The position numbers and the translations under genes are program-made. Positions 19,901-29,529 of a DNA stretch of 64,000 nt are shown here, in pieces. This stretch comes from Thermoanaerobaculia bacterium (GTDB lineage: Bacteria > Acidobacteriota > Thermoanaerobaculia > UBA5066): the NCBI GenBank assembly GCA_963816185.1, contig CAWFJJ010000030.1, positions 320,001-384,000 of the forward strand, written 5' to 3'. The stretch's first letter is position 1, and each line of letters begins with the position of its first letter. Under the pieces are notes generated by a model that worked only from the letters and a program-made list of their open reading frames with translations, did not search any database and was not told where the DNA came from.

Positions 19901-21931
19901 GGCGACGTTCAGCCATACGACCTTCCCGCTGGTCGGCGTGCACGCGACGACGCCCTGCGCGACGTGCCACAACCCCCCGTATGCCCCTTCAGCCAACAAC
20001 TACACGACCGTCCCGACGACCTGCTACGGCTGCCACCTGAAGGACTCGGCGGGCGCCACGACTCCGGTGAACCATTCCGGCCTGCCGACGACGTGCGATT
20101 CCTGCCACAAGAACACGGACGCGACCTGGTCGCTGGCCACGGCCTTCAACCACTCGACGTACTTCGCGCTGGCCGGCGCCCACGTCACCGCAGCTTGCGC
20201 CCAGTGCCACACGAACGGCAACTTCACGACCCTGCAGTCGACCCCGACGCCTTGCGCGACCTGCCACCAGAACGACTACAACACCGCGAAGACGCCCGTG
20301 GACCACGTCGCGTCAGGCTTCCCGACCAACTGCGACTCGTGCCACAAGTTCTCCGACACGACGTGGATGCAGGCGACGTTCAGCCATACGACCTTCCCGC
20401 TGGTCGGCGTGCACGCGACGACCGCCTGCGCGAGCTGCCACGTCAACAACAACTACACGACCGTCGCGACGACCTGCTACGGCTGCCACCAGAAGGACTC
20501 GGCGGGCGCCACGACTCCGGTGAACCATTCCGGCCTGCCGACGACGTGCGATTCCTGCCACAAGAACACGGACGCGACCTGGTCGCTGGCCACGGCATTC
20601 AACCACTCGACGTACTTCGCGCTGGCCGGCGCCCACGTCACGGCGCAATGCGCCCAGTGCCACACGAGCGGCAACTTCGTCAGCGTGCCCAAGAGCCCGT
20701 GCTCGGCGTGCCACCAGAACGACTACAACAACGCGAAAACGCCGGTGAACCACATCGCGTCGAGCTTCCCGACCACCTGCGACTCGTGCCACAAGTTCTC
20801 CGACGCGACGTGGATGCAGGCGACGTTCAGCCATACGACCTTCCCTCTCGTCGGCGTACACGCGACGACCGCCTGCGCGAGCTGCCACGTCAACAACAAC
20901 TACACGACCGTCGCGACAACCTGTTACGGCTGCCACCAGAAGGACTCGGCGGGCGCTACGACTCCGGTGAACCATTCCGGCCTGCCGACGACGTGCGACA
21001 GCTGCCACAAGAACACGGACGCCACCTGGCTCTTGGCCACGGCCTTCAACCACTCGACGTACTTCGCGCTGGCCGGAGCCCACGTCACGGCGGCCTGCAC
21101 CCAGTGCCACACGAGCGGGAACTACGTCAGCGTGCCCAAGAGCCCGTGCTCGGCGTGTCATCAGACGGACTACAACAACGCCAAGACGCCCGTGAACCAC
21201 GTCGCGTCGAGCTTCCCGACCACCTGCGACTCGTGCCACAAGTTCTCCGACGCGACGTGGATGCAGGCGACGTTCAGCCATACGACCTTCCCGCTGGTCG
21301 GCGTGCACGCGACGACGCCCTGCGCGAGCTGCCACGTCGCCAACAACTACTCCACCGTCCCGACGACCTGTTACGGCTGCCACCAGAAGGACTCGGCGGG
21401 CGCCACGACTCCGGTGAACCATTCCGGCTTGCCGACGACGTGCGACAGCTGCCACAAGAACTCGGACACCACCTGGCTGCTGGCGACGGCCTTCAACCAC
21501 TCGGCATACTTCGCGCTCGCTGGCGCCCATGTCACGGCGGCCTGCACCCAGTGCCACAACCCCCGAAGCGCGAAAACTACGTCAGCGTGCCCACGAGCCC
21601 GTGCTCGGCGTGCCACCTCCCCGCCTACCAGACCGCGACGACTCCCGTGAACCACATCGCGGCGGCCTTCCCCACGACCTGCGACACGTGCCACAAGTTC
21701 TCCGACACGACGTGGCTGCAGGGCGTCTTCAACCACACGTACTTCCCGCTGGTCAGCAATCACAACGTGCCGTGCAACCAGTGCCACACCACCGCCGGCA
21801 CCTACGCGGTCTTCAACTGCATCAGCTGCCACACGGCCGCCAAGACAAACGGGGATCACTCGGGCGTCAAGGGCTATGTGTGGGCGTCGACGGCCTGCTA
21901 CTCCTGCCACCCGAACGGACGAGGCGGCTGA
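16899..21931 (+). CDS. Giant exported multiheme c-type cytochrome, 66 CxxCH motifs (~1,680 aa), 1-nt frameshift at C-run 21560-21564
   Basis: Signal peptide ending AHADA|Q; 61 CxxCH counted in frame 15897..21650 from GTG 16899, plus 5 in frame 18380..21931; one extra C restores NPPKRENYVSV. Confidence 0.93.
19460..21740 (+). repeat. Five near-identical tandem hexaheme repeat units inside the cytochrome gene
   Basis: Anchor GACTCGGCGGGCGC at 19572, 20043, 20496, 20943, 21390; periods 471, 453, 447, 447 bp, all in frame; boundaries approximate. Confidence 0.92.
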
Positions 21932-23217
21932 TGCGCCGCCGCCTCGCGATTCTCGCGGCCCTCCTAGTCCTGAGGGCCCCGGCCGCGGCGCAGTCCGCCC
22001 TCGACCTCGGCCGCATCGCCGTGTTCGGCCAGGTCCTGCGGTCGAAGAACGACGACGGGACGACGACGGCCTACAACGAGCTGACCGCTTCGGTCACGCT
22101 CCACACGCCGCCGCGCGACACAGACGGGGTCGAGTTCTCGATCGACGCGCGCGGCTCTGAGTACCCGTCCGTCGCAAACCGCGATCCGCACCTGACCGTC
22201 TATGACGCCTGGGTCGGCGGGCATCTCGCGGGCGGCCACCTGGCCGTGCGGCTCGGTCAGATGTACCTGAACGACCTCGGTGCCCTTGGAGGCGTGGGCG
22301 GTGCCGCGCTCGAAGGCCGAACCGGTAAGGTCCGGTTCGGCCTCTTTGGCGGCCTCGAGCCGAAGGGTTTCGACGCGGGCTACGTCGCGGATGTCAGGAA
22401 GGGCGGTGCGTACGTCGCTTATGACGGGGAGCGCGGCTGGCACGACGCCCTCGGTTTCGTCACGATCCGCGACCAGGGACTCGTTGAGCGGAATGTCCTC
22501 TCGACGACGAACTTCATCCCGGTCGGCAAAGAGTTCTTTCTCTACCAGGCCGCCGAGTACGATCTGACCGGGCCGGGAGGCGTCGGGAGCGGCGGCCTCG
22601 CCTACGTCTTCGCGACGGCCCGCTGGGCCCCTGCCAGGACGTTCGAGATCCAGGGCCAGTACCAGCACGGGCGCTCGATCGACGCGCGCTCGATCACGCA
22701 GGACCAGCTCGCGGGCCGCCCGGTGGACGCGAAGAGCCTTCAAGGTTTTCTCTTCGACTCGATGGGCGGGCGCGCGACCGTGGAGTTTGCCCGCGGCTGG
22801 CGGGTCTGGGGCGGCTACTACCAGGACAAGAACAATCGCGACGACATCGCGTCGAACCGCTGGCAGTTCGGCCTGTCCGCGATGAACGTCCTCGGGTCGG
22901 GGTTCGATGCATTCGCCTCGGACAACCGGACGATCCGCCCGGGAAGCTCCAGCTACGACGCGTGGTACTTCTCTCTCGGGCGCAGCCTCGGCTCCCGTCT
23001 CTACCTGACCGTGGACTACTCGACCTCGCTGTCCGTGCTGCAGCTGACCGATTCGGGGGGCCTCACGGTCGTGAACCGGCCCTCCTCGAGACGCTACAGC
23101 CTCTCGGGAACGTTCAACGTCACTCGCGCGTTCTCCGTCTTCGTGACGGCCGAGCAGCTCGTCGACGACACGTCGAAGGAGAACCGGGGCCTCTTGGGCC
23201 TATCGTTCCGTTTTTGA
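21931..23217 (+). CDS. Outer-membrane beta-barrel protein (putative porin partner of the multiheme cytochrome)
   Basis: Signal peptide MRRRLAILAALLVLRAPAAA|Q, amphipathic aromatic-rich beta strands, C-terminal LGLSFRF; TGATG coupling to the cytochrome. Confidence 0.85.
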   Translation: MRRRLAILAALLVLRAPAAAQSALDLGRIAVFGQVLRSKNDDGTTTAYNELTASVTLHTPPRDTDGVEFSIDARGSEYPSVANRDPHLTVYDAWVGGHLAGGHLAVRLGQMYLNDLGALGGVGGAALEGRTGKVRFGLFGGLEPKGFDAGYVADVRKGGAYVAYDGERGWHDALGFVTIRDQGLVERNVLSTTNFIPVGKEFFLYQAAEYDLTGPGGVGSGGLAYVFATARWAPARTFEIQGQYQHGRSIDARSITQDQLAGRPVDAKSLQGFLFDSMGGRATVEFARGWRVWGGYYQDKNNRDDIASNRWQFGLSAMNVLGSGFDAFASDNRTIRPGSSSYDAWYFSLGRSLGSRLYLTVDYSTSLSVLQLTDSGGLTVVNRPSSRRYSLSGTFNVTRAFSVFVTAEQLVDDTSKENRGLLGLSFRF

Positions 23218-23280
23218 TACGGAGTCTCTGAAGCAAGCAGACTAATGGGGAGCGGGCATCCGGGCGTTATGATCCTCGCC

Positions 23281-23946
23281 GTGAAGACCCTCGGTTTCGC
23301 CGGCAAGTGGTTCCTGGGACTCGGGATGGCTGTGATTTGCTGGGCCGCCTTCCTCTGGGCCCGTCCCGCCCAGAACTTCGTCGGCGAGTCCTCGAGGATC
23401 GTCTTCTTCCACGTGCCGATGGCGTGGGTATCCACGCTCGCTTTCTTCCTCGCCGCCTGGCATTCGGCCGTCTATCTGAAGAACCGCCGGATCGAGAACG
23501 ACGACGCCGCGGCCGGCGCGGCGCGGCTCGGTTTCGTGTTCTGCGTTCTGGCCACGGTCACCGGCTCGATCTTCGCCCGCGTGATGTGGAACTCGTACTG
23601 GAACTGGGACCCCCGCGAGACGTCCATCGTGCTCCTGCTCCTCGTGTACGGCGCGTATCTCGGCCTGAGAGGCGCGCTCGAGGACCCCGAACGTCGCGCG
23701 ACGCTCTCGGCGGCGTACGCGCTCGTGGCGGTCGTGACCGTTCCTTTCCTGACTTTCGCCGTCCCCCGCATGTACCAGTCGCTGCATCCCGACACCGTCC
23801 TCAACGCGCGAGGAAAGGTCGAAATGTCCGCGGACATCCAAACCGTTTTCTTCTCCTCCATGGTGGCTTTCATGATCTTGTTCTTCTGGATGTGGAATCT
23901 CGACCGGCGGGTGTCCCGTATCGTCCGCGAGAGGGCGACGGCGTGA
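23281..23946 (+). CDS. ccmC: Heme exporter / cytochrome c biogenesis protein CcmC
   Basis: FFHVP, WNSYWNWDPRE (WWD motif), SLHP; start taken as GTG 23281, 7 nt after TATGAT (ATG 23245 is the alternative). Confidence 0.92.
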   Translation: MKTLGFAGKWFLGLGMAVICWAAFLWARPAQNFVGESSRIVFFHVPMAWVSTLAFFLAAWHSAVYLKNRRIENDDAAAGAARLGFVFCVLATVTGSIFARVMWNSYWNWDPRETSIVLLLLVYGAYLGLRGALEDPERRATLSAAYALVAVVTVPFLTFAVPRMYQSLHPDTVLNARGKVEMSADIQTVFFSSMVAFMILFFWMWNLDRRVSRIVRERATA

Positions 23947-24071
23947 GCGGGGCTCTCGGGTACGTCGCGGCGGTCAACATCGTGATCTGGGCCGGAATCT
24001 TCGGCTACCTCGTCTATCTCGACCGGAAGGTCCGGGCCGCCTCGGGGCCCGGGCAGGAGAAACCCCGATGA
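23943..24071 (+). CDS. ccmD: CcmD-like small membrane protein
   Basis: 42 aa, YVAAVNIVIWAGIFGYLVYLDRKVR, overlapping ccmC and ccmE. Confidence 0.75.
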   Translation: MSGALGYVAAVNIVIWAGIFGYLVYLDRKVRAASGPGQEKPR

Positions 24072-24466
24072 AACGTGCTTACTGGGCCGGCGCCCTCCTC
24101 GTCGTCGGCTTTCTCGCCCTCGGTCTGTCCACGTTCACGCGCTCGATGACGCCTTACGTCTCCTTCGCCGAGGCGAAGGCCGCGCCGCGCACGGTCCAGG
24201 TGATGGGCGCCCTCGAAAAGGGCACGTCGCGTTACGACACAGCCTCGAAAACGCTCTATTTCACGCTCCTCGACCCGAAATCGCACGAGTCGATTCCCGT
24301 CTCCTACACGGACGTGAAGCCCGCGAATTTCGAGGACGCCGTGTCCATCGTGGCGATCGGCCGGTACGAGGGCGGCGTCTTCGCCGCAGAGAAGCTTCTC
24401 GTCAAGTGCCCGTCCAAGTACCAGGGCGAGGAAATCGAAAAACAGTACGGCGCCAAAAAGGCCTGA
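24068..24466 (+). CDS. ccmE: Heme chaperone CcmE, CxxxY variant
   Basis: N-terminal TM, YTDVKPANF, LLVKCPSKY. Confidence 0.92.
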   Translation: MKRAYWAGALLVVGFLALGLSTFTRSMTPYVSFAEAKAAPRTVQVMGALEKGTSRYDTASKTLYFTLLDPKSHESIPVSYTDVKPANFEDAVSIVAIGRYEGGVFAAEKLLVKCPSKYQGEEIEKQYGAKKA

Positions 24467-24475
24467 GGACACCCC

Positions 24476-26929
24476 ATGAACAATCTCCCCGGAATTCTCG
24501 GCTTCGCGCCGGGCACGCTCGCGATTTGGGCGGCCATGCTCTTCGGCGTCACGTGCATGCTCGCCTACCTGCGTTCGATGCGCAGCACGGGATTCGCAGC
24601 CGGGGATTTTCTTAGAAAGGGTAAGAGGGGCTCCCGTGCGGTCGCAGCAACGGCCGATCCGGGCGACCTATTACCATTCGAAGAAAATTCTCTTTCTCCT
24701 AATCTCTTCTTCGCCCGGCGCCTGTATTACGCCTACGTCTTCTCGGTCCTTCTCGCGTCGTTCCTCCTTCTGACGCGGCTCCTCTCGCACGACTTCCGCA
24801 TCTCATACGTGGCGTCGTACTCGGGGCGCGACCTGCCGTTCTATTACCTCTTCTCGACGTTCTGGGCAGGGCAGGAGGGCTCGTTCCTGCTCTGGCTCTT
24901 CTGGGGCGCGCTCATCGGGCTGTTCGTTCTGAGGTCCGCGAAGGAGCAGGAAGCTCCCGTGATGGTGATCTACGTCGCGTCGTTCCTCGGAATCGTCGCG
25001 ATCCTCGTCAAGCAGTCGCCGTTCCGGTTCCTCGCGCAGATCCCGCCGGACGGCCAGGGCCTGAACCCGCTCCTGCAGGACCCGTGGATGGTCATCCACC
25101 CGCCGGTCATGTTCTCTGGGTTCGCGTCCCTCTCGGTGCCGTTCGCGTTCGCGATCGGCGCGCTCTGGATGAAGCGCTGGGACGGCTGGGTCGTCCGCGC
25201 CATGCCGTGGGCGCTCTTCACGTTCGTCACGCTCGGCACCGCGATCCTGATGGGCGGGTATTGGGCCTACAAGACGCTCGGCTGGGGCGGCTACTGGGGC
25301 TGGGATCCGGTCGAGAACACGTCCCTCGTGCCATGGCTCGCGACGGTCGCGCTCGTGCACGGAATGTTCCTCCAGAAGATGCGCGCCAAGCACCGCAAGA
25401 TCAACATCATTCTCGCGATCCTCGCTTTCTGCTGCATCCTGTACGGCACGTTCCTGACTCGCTCCGGAGTTCTCGCGGACTTCTCCGTTCACTCCTTCAT
25501 CGATCTCGGGATCACCGGGTGGCTCGTCGGGATCATCGTCGTCTTCCTCGTCGGCGGCCTCGCCCTCCTCGCATGGCGCTGGAAGGAGATCCCGGTCGTC
25601 TCCGACCTGGACGCGACGACCGGCAAAGAGAAGGAAGAGCCGTTCCTGTCACGGTCGGTCCTCTTCATCCTCTCCGTGACGCTCTTCTGCGCCTCGGGCC
25701 TCGTCATCCTCCTCGGGACCTCGGCTCCGATCCTGACGCGTGTCCTGGGCAAGCCCTCGCAGGTCGCGACGAGCTTCTACAACGTCACGCACCGGCCGAT
25801 CGCGGGTCTCATGGCCCTGCTTCTCCTTCTCGTGCCGTACCTGTCATGGCGCGGCGAGAACGGAAAGGGCGTCCTGAGAAAGGCCCTCGTCCCGGGCGCC
25901 GTGGGACTCCTCAGCGTCGGAGTCTTCTTCTCGGCGGGCGTGCGCGGGGCGGGCGACCTCCTGATCCTCGCTCTCGCGGTGGCCGGGTTCGTCGCGAACG
26001 CCGAGACCGCGGTCCTCTTCGTGAGGCGCAGGGCCGTCAAGACCATGGGCGGATATCTCGCGCACATCGGCATGTCGATCATGCTCGTGGGCATCCTCAT
26101 CTCGGGCGTCTACGAGAAGAAGACGACGGTGAACCTCTTCAAGAACCAGCCGGTCACCGTCGGGAGCAACACCTTCACGTTCACGCGCACCGTCTTCGTC
26201 ACGGACAGCGGCGAGGTGAAGCGTTTCGAGGAGCTCAACGCGGCCGACCCCTCCGACCGCCGCGCCAAACAGGCGATGGAGGTCGAGGTTTCGTCGCCCG
26301 GGCGCAGCGTCTGGAAGGCCTATCCGAAGCTCTACACGAACACGCGCACGAACCAGATGATGGCGAACCCCGACGTGAAGTCGTCGCCGCTCATGGACCT
26401 CTACGTCTCCCCGCAGGCTTACGACCCGGGGCGATCCGCGCACATCGAGGGCACGACGCTCGCCCTGAGGAAGGGCGAGTCGAAGACCGTCGACGGCGTC
26501 AAGGTGAAGTTCCTCGACTTTTCCGCCGACCGCTCGCAGGTGTCGTCGGACCGGCCGCGAGTCACCGTGACGGGCAATTTCCTCGTGACGACCGCCGAAG
26601 CCTCCGAGGAGAAGACCGCCCGGCTCGTCATGTACTTCGGCGGAGCGTCGGCGGAGTCCGCGACGGAGTCACCGGAGACGCCTCTTCCCGGAAAAGGCCG
26701 CTTGAAGATTCTCAAGGTGTCGCCGAACGAAGGCACATGCGAGATCGAGCTCCTCGGTGTCGCTCCGGGCGGAGACCTCAAGCCGGCGACGGCCGAGACC
26801 TTGTCCGTCGACCTCACGACGAAGCCGCTGATCTCCCTCGTGTGGGGAGGCTTCTACGTGATGATGGCGGGCGGCCTCCTGGCGCTCGTGCGCCGCGCCC
26901 GCGATTCGCGCCAGGCGGCGATCGCCTAG
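24476..26929 (+). CDS. ccmF: Cytochrome c heme lyase CcmF
   Basis: WAGQEGS, GLNPLLQ, IHPP, WGGYWGWDPVEN, SVHSF, KPLISLVW. Confidence 0.95.
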   Translation: MNNLPGILGFAPGTLAIWAAMLFGVTCMLAYLRSMRSTGFAAGDFLRKGKRGSRAVAATADPGDLLPFEENSLSPNLFFARRLYYAYVFSVLLASFLLLTRLLSHDFRISYVASYSGRDLPFYYLFSTFWAGQEGSFLLWLFWGALIGLFVLRSAKEQEAPVMVIYVASFLGIVAILVKQSPFRFLAQIPPDGQGLNPLLQDPWMVIHPPVMFSGFASLSVPFAFAIGALWMKRWDGWVVRAMPWALFTFVTLGTAILMGGYWAYKTLGWGGYWGWDPVENTSLVPWLATVALVHGMFLQKMRAKHRKINIILAILAFCCILYGTFLTRSGVLADFSVHSFIDLGITGWLVGIIVVFLVGGLALLAWRWKEIPVVSDLDATTGKEKEEPFLSRSVLFILSVTLFCASGLVILLGTSAPILTRVLGKPSQVATSFYNVTHRPIAGLMALLLLLVPYLSWRGENGKGVLRKALVPGAVGLLSVGVFFSAGVRGAGDLLILALAVAGFVANAETAVLFVRRRAVKTMGGYLAHIGMSIMLVGILISGVYEKKTTVNLFKNQPVTVGSNTFTFTRTVFVTDSGEVKRFEELNAADPSDRRAKQAMEVEVSSPGRSVWKAYPKLYTNTRTNQMMANPDVKSSPLMDLYVSPQAYDPGRSAHIEGTTLALRKGESKTVDGVKVKFLDFSADRSQVSSDRPRVTVTGNFLVTTAEASEEKTARLVMYFGGASAESATESPETPLPGKGRLKILKVSPNEGTCEIELLGVAPGGDLKPATAETLSVDLTTKPLISLVWGGFYVMMAGGLLALVRRARDSRQAAIA
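24605..24689. repeat. Palindromic mini-element copy 2, in frame inside ccmF
   Basis: ATTTTCTTAGAAAGGGTAA (24606-24624) vs TTACCATTCGAAGAAAAT (24671-24688); AT-rich arms in a GC-rich gene. Confidence 0.55.
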
Positions 26930-26952
26930 ACTCTCCCTCTCGAGGAGAACCC

Positions 26953-29001
26953 ATGAAATCAGTCTCGTCCGCTCTCGCTGTCTTCGCGTTGGCTGCCCTC
27001 GCCGTCCCGCTCGCCGCCCTCGCCCAGCCCGCCGCGCCCGCGAAGCCGAAGGCGCTCGATCCCGCGAACTTCGACACGTCCGTCAAGCCGTGCGAGGACT
27101 TCTACGAGTATGCGAACGGCGCGTGGCTGAAGACTCATCCCATCCCCGCCGACCGCGCGCGCTACGGATCCTTCGACGAGGTCTCGGACCGCAACCGCGA
27201 GGTCCTCAGGAAGATCCTCGAGGAGACCTCGGCGAAGAACGACTGGCCGAAGGGATCGAACGAGCAGAAAGTCGGCGACTTCTACGCCGCCGGGATGGAC
27301 GAGGCCGCGATCGAGAAGGCGGGGACGAAGCCTCTCGCGCCGTTTTTCGCCGCGATCGACAAGCTGAAGGCTCCGGGCGACCTTCCCGCGGTGCTCGCGG
27401 AGCTCCATACCCGGGGCCTCGAGGCCGGATTCAACTTCCGCGTCGCCCAGGACGCCCGGAAGAGCACGCGGTACATCGGCATCCTGAACCAGGGTGGCCT
27501 CGGCCTTCCCGACCGCGACTACTACACGAAGGACGATGCGAAGTCGAAAGGCCTCCGCGAAGCCTACCGGAAGCACGTCGCGAAGATGTTCGAGCTCTCC
27601 GGAGACTCTCCCGAGAAGGCGAAAGAGTCCGCGGACGTCGTGATGGCGCTCGAGACGAAGCTCGCGGAGCCCGCGCTCACGCGCGTCGAGAACCGCGATC
27701 CGCAGAGGACCTACAACAAGAGGACGCTCGCCACGCTCGTCTCCGAGGCGCCGGGCTTCGACTTCCCGCGCTTTTTCACCGACCTCGGCGCGTCCTCCGC
27801 CACCGAGGTGAACGTCAGGCAGCCGCGCTTCTTCGTCGCGTTCGGCGAGCTTGCGCGCACGGTTCCCGCCCAGACGTGGCGGACGTACCTGAGATGGCAC
27901 GTTCTCCGGCAATCCGCGCCTTATCTTGCGAAAGCCTTCGAGGAGGAAGCCTTCGCGTTCAGCGGGAAGACCCTGATGGGCGTTCCGGAGCAGGAGCCGC
28001 GCTGGAGGCGAGTCCAGGCCGCGACGGACCAGGCTCTGGGCGAGGCCCTGGGGCCTCTCTACGTGGCACGCGCCTTCACCCCGCGCGCGAAAGAACGGAT
28101 GCGCGTCCTCGTCGAGAACCTGCGCGCCGCGCTCATGGAGCGGATCGATGCCCTGCCGTGGATGAGCGCCGAGACGAAGAAGCAGGCCCAGCGAAAGCTC
28201 GCCGCCTTCAACGTGAAGATCGGGTATCCCGACAAATGGCGAGACTACTCGTCCCTCCCGATTTCACGCGCGTCGTATCTCGAGAACGTGTGGAACGCCC
28301 GCACCTTCGAGACGAGGCGCAACCTCGCGAAGCTCGGCAAGCCCATCGACCGGACGGAGTGGGGCATGACGCCCCCGACGGTGAACGCCTACTACAACTC
28401 CACGATGAACGAGATCGTCTTCCCAGCGGGGATTCTCCAGCCTCCTTTCTTCTCCGAGGACGCCGACGACGCCGTGAACTACGGCGGGATCGGCGTCGTC
28501 ATCGGCCACGAGATGTCCCACGGCTTCGACGACTCCGGCAGCCAGTACGACGCGGACGGGAACCTCAAGAACTGGTGGACGCCCGCCGACCGGAAGGCTT
28601 ACGACGCCCGCACGGCTCTCGTCGTGAAGCAGTTCGACTCCTACAAGCCGCTCCCCGACCAGGCCATCAACGGCAAGCTCACGCTCGGAGAGAACATCGG
28701 CGACCTTGGCGGCATCAAGATCGCCTACGCGGCGCTCCAGAAGGCGCTCGCAGGGAAGCCGCACACCGCGATCGACGGTTTCACGCCGGAGCAGCGCTTC
28801 TTCCTCTCGTTCGCGACGATCTGGCGAAACCACTCGCGAGACGAGGCCCTTCGTGTCCAGCTCAACACGAACCCGCACAGTCCCGGCAAGTGGCGCGCCA
28901 TAGGCCCCACCTCGAACCTGCCGGAGTTCTACGACGCGTTCGGCTGTGCGGAGGGGGCTCCCATGCGCCGCGCGGAGGCCGAACGGCCGAGCATCTGGTG
29001 A
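26953..29001 (+). CDS. pepO: M13 family metallopeptidase (PepO / neprilysin-like), exported
   Basis: Signal peptide, PCEDFYEYANG, VNAYY, HEMSHGFD, GENIGD, NPHSP; GGAG RBS. Confidence 0.93.
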   Translation: MKSVSSALAVFALAALAVPLAALAQPAAPAKPKALDPANFDTSVKPCEDFYEYANGAWLKTHPIPADRARYGSFDEVSDRNREVLRKILEETSAKNDWPKGSNEQKVGDFYAAGMDEAAIEKAGTKPLAPFFAAIDKLKAPGDLPAVLAELHTRGLEAGFNFRVAQDARKSTRYIGILNQGGLGLPDRDYYTKDDAKSKGLREAYRKHVAKMFELSGDSPEKAKESADVVMALETKLAEPALTRVENRDPQRTYNKRTLATLVSEAPGFDFPRFFTDLGASSATEVNVRQPRFFVAFGELARTVPAQTWRTYLRWHVLRQSAPYLAKAFEEEAFAFSGKTLMGVPEQEPRWRRVQAATDQALGEALGPLYVARAFTPRAKERMRVLVENLRAALMERIDALPWMSAETKKQAQRKLAAFNVKIGYPDKWRDYSSLPISRASYLENVWNARTFETRRNLAKLGKPIDRTEWGMTPPTVNAYYNSTMNEIVFPAGILQPPFFSEDADDAVNYGGIGVVIGHEMSHGFDDSGSQYDADGNLKNWWTPADRKAYDARTALVVKQFDSYKPLPDQAINGKLTLGENIGDLGGIKIAYAALQKALAGKPHTAIDGFTPEQRFFLSFATIWRNHSRDEALRVQLNTNPHSPGKWRAIGPTSNLPEFYDAFGCAEGAPMRRAEAERPSIW

Positions 29002-29047
29002 CGCCGGTCGGCACGCCGGCGCTCATGAGTCCACGCGGCGGTCCGTG

Positions 29048-29500
29048 ATGCGCCGCGTCGCTCTCATCCTCTTCCTCGTCCTCCTCACCGCCTCCGCCTG
29101 TCACCGTGCGCCGCGGGATCCGGTGATGGCATGCCTGACGAGCGCCATCGCGAGCCGCCGAGTCGCGCGACGCCGACGGCGTCATGAGCCGCTGTGGCGG
29201 AAGGCTTCCGCGATGCCGAGGGCGGCGGCAAGGCGGACGCGGCCGCGCTCGTGCGTCGGACGCCTCGCCGCCTACGAGTCGCTCTCGCTCACGCTCTCGG
29301 GCGTCGCGATCGAGCGCGGCCCGGCCGCGGCGCAGGCGAAGTTCAAGGTGCGAATGTCGGGCAGGCCGCGGGCCGTGGGCGGGCTCGAAGGGCTCCTCCC
29401 CCGCTCGTCGAACTGGAGCTTCGACGTGCGCCTCGAGGCGGGAACGGGTGGATGGAAGATCACGTGGGCCTCCTGGACGCGCCTCGAGGACGGGGACTGA
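29048..29500 (+). CDS. Putative lipoprotein, NTF2-like fold; compensating frameshifts at ~29150-29265
   Basis: Lipobox LTASAC, C-terminal GWKITWASW; middle segment reads better in other frames (AEGFRDAEGGGKADAAALVRR). Confidence 0.6.
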   Translation: MRRVALILFLVLLTASACHRAPRDPVMACLTSAIASRRVARRRRRHEPLWRKASAMPRAAARRTRPRSCVGRLAAYESLSLTLSGVAIERGPAAAQAKFKVRMSGRPRAVGGLEGLLPRSSNWSFDVRLEAGTGGWKITWASWTRLEDGD

Positions 29501-29529
29501 TGCCTCCCGCGGTTCGGCCCCTTCCAGAG

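Noticed and set aside
21555-21580. Programmed frameshift or phase variation in the cytochrome
   Set aside because: The C5 run matches a C6 run in the paralogous NPP segment near 19973, and the window has many similar indels; sequencing error is more parsimonious, though not excluded
19460-21740. Long tandem repeats as a CRISPR array or non-coding repeat
   Set aside because: Units are ~450 bp, in frame and encode CxxCH modules; there is no repeat-spacer pattern and no cas gene
19500-21750. Many N-x-S/T sequons suggesting N-glycosylation of the cytochrome
   Set aside because: Explained by Asn/Thr-rich composition and repeat copying; most lack the acidic -2 residue, and no oligosaccharyltransferase is seen here
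25084-26952. N-terminal extension of the 1305-aa ORF (apparent ccmF-overlapping peptidase fusion)
   Set aside because: Alternative frame over ccmF; the peptidase has its own RBS, ATG 26953 and signal peptide
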